Assembly: GCA_963920595.1 (NCBI GenBank)
Contig: OY986946.1
Coordinates: forward strand, 4,588,001 to 4,652,000
Length of the DNA stretch: 64,000 nucleotides
Source of the DNA: Eimeria praecox
Taxonomy: Eukaryota
Direction of reading: 5' to 3'
Shown here: positions 61,649 to 64,000 of the stretch, one piece after another
Numbering within the stretch: the first letter of the stretch is position 1
Layout: each line of letters opens with the position of its first letter
Notes under the pieces: generated by a model
Databases searched by the model: none
What the model was told of the DNA's origin: nothing
The model's input: only the letters and a program-made list of their open reading frames with translations
Translations under genes and position numbers: made by a program

Positions 61649-64000
61649 AGCAAATCACACAGCAAAGCAAGCAGACAGAACCCTAAACCCTAAACCCTAA
61701 ACCCTAAACCCTAAACGAAACACCGAAGAGGAGACAGCTGACAGGCATTCAAGAAGCAGCACAAACCAAAGCAGACAGTCATAAGAGACAGAGGGAGAGA
61801 GAGAGAGGGAAAGAGACAGTAGGAAGAGACAGCAGCAGCAGCAGCAGTGGAGGAGGAGACAGTAGGAAGAGACAGCAGCAGCAGCAGCAGTGGAGGAGAC
61901 AGTAGGCAGCGACAGCAGCAGCAGCAGCAGGATTGAAAGAGACAGTAGGAAGAGACAGCAGCAGCAGCAGCAGTGAAAGAGTCAGTGGGCAGAGACAGCA
62001 GCAGCAGCAGCAGCAGCGGAAGAGACAGTAGGCAGAGACAGCAGCAGCAGCAGCAGTGAAAGAGACAATAGGCAGAGAGCAGCAGCAGCAGCAGCAGTGG
62101 AGGAGACAGCAGTAATAGACAGGAGCAGCAGCAGAGAGAGGTAGACATACAGCACTTGGAGACAGCTGAGCAGAACAGCATCTTGAACAGCAGCAGCCGC
62201 AGCAGCAAAACTACTGCTGCTGCAGCGAAGGGACAGCCTAGACATAGAGCTGCAGGCCCGAAGCAGCAAATAAACCCTGTCTCTAGCAGCAGCACATCCC
62301 TAAACAATATAAACAAACCAACGGAGACAGTGCAACACACACACAACACTAATCTACAAACCCCACACATTGAGAGACTCGGTGCTTTAGCCTGTACATA
62401 CACCAGAGAATATATGTAGACTAGCTTATACTGTCTGTCTGTCTCTCGTGCTCGTGTCTTGTGTTGCTGCTCTCTGTCTCCATCTCTGTCTCTCTCTCCC
62501 TCTATCTCTGTCTCTTTCTTTCTCTGTCTATGTCTGTCTCTTTCTTTCTCTGTCTCTGTCTCTCTGTCTCCGACAGGAACAAGGACGGAGACAGAGAGGA
62601 GACACACACAGAAACAGCAGCACAGACAGAGACAGAGACAGAGAGAGACAGAGACAGAGAGAGACAGAGACAGACAGACAAACAGGGACAGGGGATAGAG
62701 AGAGAGACAGAGACAGAGGGACAGAGAGAAAGAGACAGAGAGACAGGCAGAGAGAGAGAGACAGAGAGAGGGAGAGAGACAGACTGACAGACAGAGACAG
62801 ACAGAGAGACAGACAGACAGAGAGACACAGAGAGAGAGAGACAGAGACAGACACCCGCGGCTACAGAATGCGAGACAGTTTCGTATATCAAGTCACAACC
62901 TCTCTGTCTCCCCCAAGTGTCTCTCCACTACAAACAACTAACTGTCTCCTCCTCACCACTGAAAGGCCATAAACTCTCTCCCAAAAAATCTAAAGCAAAG
63001 ATAAATAATAAACTGAAGTAAGAAACACAATGTCTGCCAAATACACCGAGGCAATCCCAACGGCAGCAGCAAAGATAGAAGCATATTAAATGCGGTGCAT
63101 GTACACCCCAGCCAGGCCAGATGGCTTAGCTGCAGATACACCCCAAATCATACACACACAAACAAACAAACACACACACACACACACACACACACAACAT
63201 AACCTGCTGTATGCCCTTAAGAGACACATACAACAGCAGCGGCAAATACAGCAGCAGCAGCAAATGCAGCAGCAGCAGCAGCAAATGCGGCAGCAGCAGC
63301 AGCAAATGCAGCTGCAGCAAGTGCAGCAGCAACAAGTGCAGCAGCAACAAGTGCAGCAGCAGCAAGTGCAGCAGCAGCAGCAGCAGCAGCAGCAATAACA
63401 GCAGCCCCACGGAGACACCAGAACAGATACACCCGAGGAGACACAAAGCACTAAGTACACAAAAGGAGACAGCAAAGAGAGAGAGAGAGAGAGACAGCAG
63501 CAAGAGAGACACACAAGTCTGTCGAGTAAGAGACAGACAGACAGAAAGATTATATTAACGAAGAGAAGAAACAAACAAATCAAATCAAATAAACAAACAA
63601 AGCAAACAAGCAAACAGATAGGAGACAGGAGACAGACAGACAGCACTGAGGGGGGACAGCAGAGACACACACAGAGAGAGAGAGAGAGAAAGAGAGACAG
63701 ACAGCGCAAGCGTACAAGACAGCTGCAGCTGTCTTAAACAAGAGAATAGCTGGAGGTGTATATACACTCGAAGACGAAGACAAGAGACAGGAGACAGCAC
63801 GCAGGAGGAGACAGCACACAGGAGGAGACAGCACATAGGAGGAGACAGTACAGCACAAGCATAGACCCTCCTCTAATAAAAAAGAGACAGGAGACACCGC
63901 AGCAGCAGCCACAGACAGTATATCATAACACACACATTCTTACCTTGAAGCTGCTGCTCTTCTTGCCTATCTCCCTCGCCACATAACTAACAGCAGACAG
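55788..64000 (-). CDS. Lipase maturation factor (LMF1/LMF2 family) ER membrane protein, 5'-partial
   Basis: Spliced motifs in family order: GREFMAFQW|DVLLLETGF, LRLLLFKMLFCSAVSK, WRDLKALYFHYWTQPLPSPGSW, SGSLGFLPHLT..SLVDD, NGY|GLFSVVTTGRLELVIE, WREVYLPYKPG, GHFPRLDWRLWF, VRVSLYDYRMT, GRWWMRR; stop at 55790-55788. Not the Toxoplasma lasso maintenance factor that shares the LMF1 abbreviation. Confidence 0.9.
56128..57630. repeat. Clustered (AGCT)n / (TAGC)n palindromic tetramer arrays in LMF 3' introns
   Basis: Runs at about 56302-56347, 56532-56551, 56765-56840, 56947-56992 and 57565-57630. Confidence 0.9.
59070..59985. repeat. Intronic minisatellite: 28-bp units grading into 30-bp units
   Basis: aaactgtctctgtctcccttcttataat-type 28-mers, then tatactaaactgtctctgtctgtctcttct tandem copies in two blocks, each closed by ggcattcaa. 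Confidence 0.95.
60865..60921 (+). repeat. Interstitial telomere-like (AAACCCT)n
   Basis: About 8 copies in an LMF intron, near an acceptor. Confidence 0.95.
61679..61716 (+). repeat. Interstitial telomere-like (AAACCCT)n
   Basis: About 5 copies in an LMF intron. Confidence 0.95.

Overview
Eukaryotic genomic DNA with the repeat signature of a coccidian apicomplexan (Eimeria/Cyclospora type; the species cannot be fixed from sequence): dense CAG/CTG tracts, interstitial AAACCCT telomere-like arrays, TGCATGCA octamers and long (TA)n runs. Most ORFs in the supplied track are repeat artefacts, so real genes were assembled by hand from GT-AG splice sites and protein motifs. Genes, left to right: (1) a secreted Tyr/Ser/Gly/Thr-rich protein with an RxL motif, minus strand, running off the left edge and absent from the ORF track; (2) a 5-exon ankyrin-repeat protein with a C-terminal hydrophobic tail; (3) a large multi-exon hypothetical gene; (4) a divergent SET-domain protein, probably with a coiled-coil/Zn-finger tail; (5) a ~20-exon SPX-EXS phosphate exporter (XPR1/PHO1/SYG1 family); (6) a 3-exon B3GLCT-like GT31 glucosyltransferase ending in HDEL; (7) a low-complexity F-box-like protein; (8) a lipase maturation factor family membrane protein running off the right edge. 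Non-coding points of interest: a 214-bp near-perfect palindrome and a 4 x 40-bp dyad repeat/spacer array between the divergent SPX-EXS and B3GLCT genes, a D-armless tRNA-like B-box element followed by a T-run, a dispersed 14-bp palindrome family (GGTGTAYRTACACC-like), and introns carrying mutually complementary repeat tracts. No CRISPR-Cas, transposase/RT gene, rRNA or canonical tRNA was recognised. Exon boundaries are manual predictions without transcript support.
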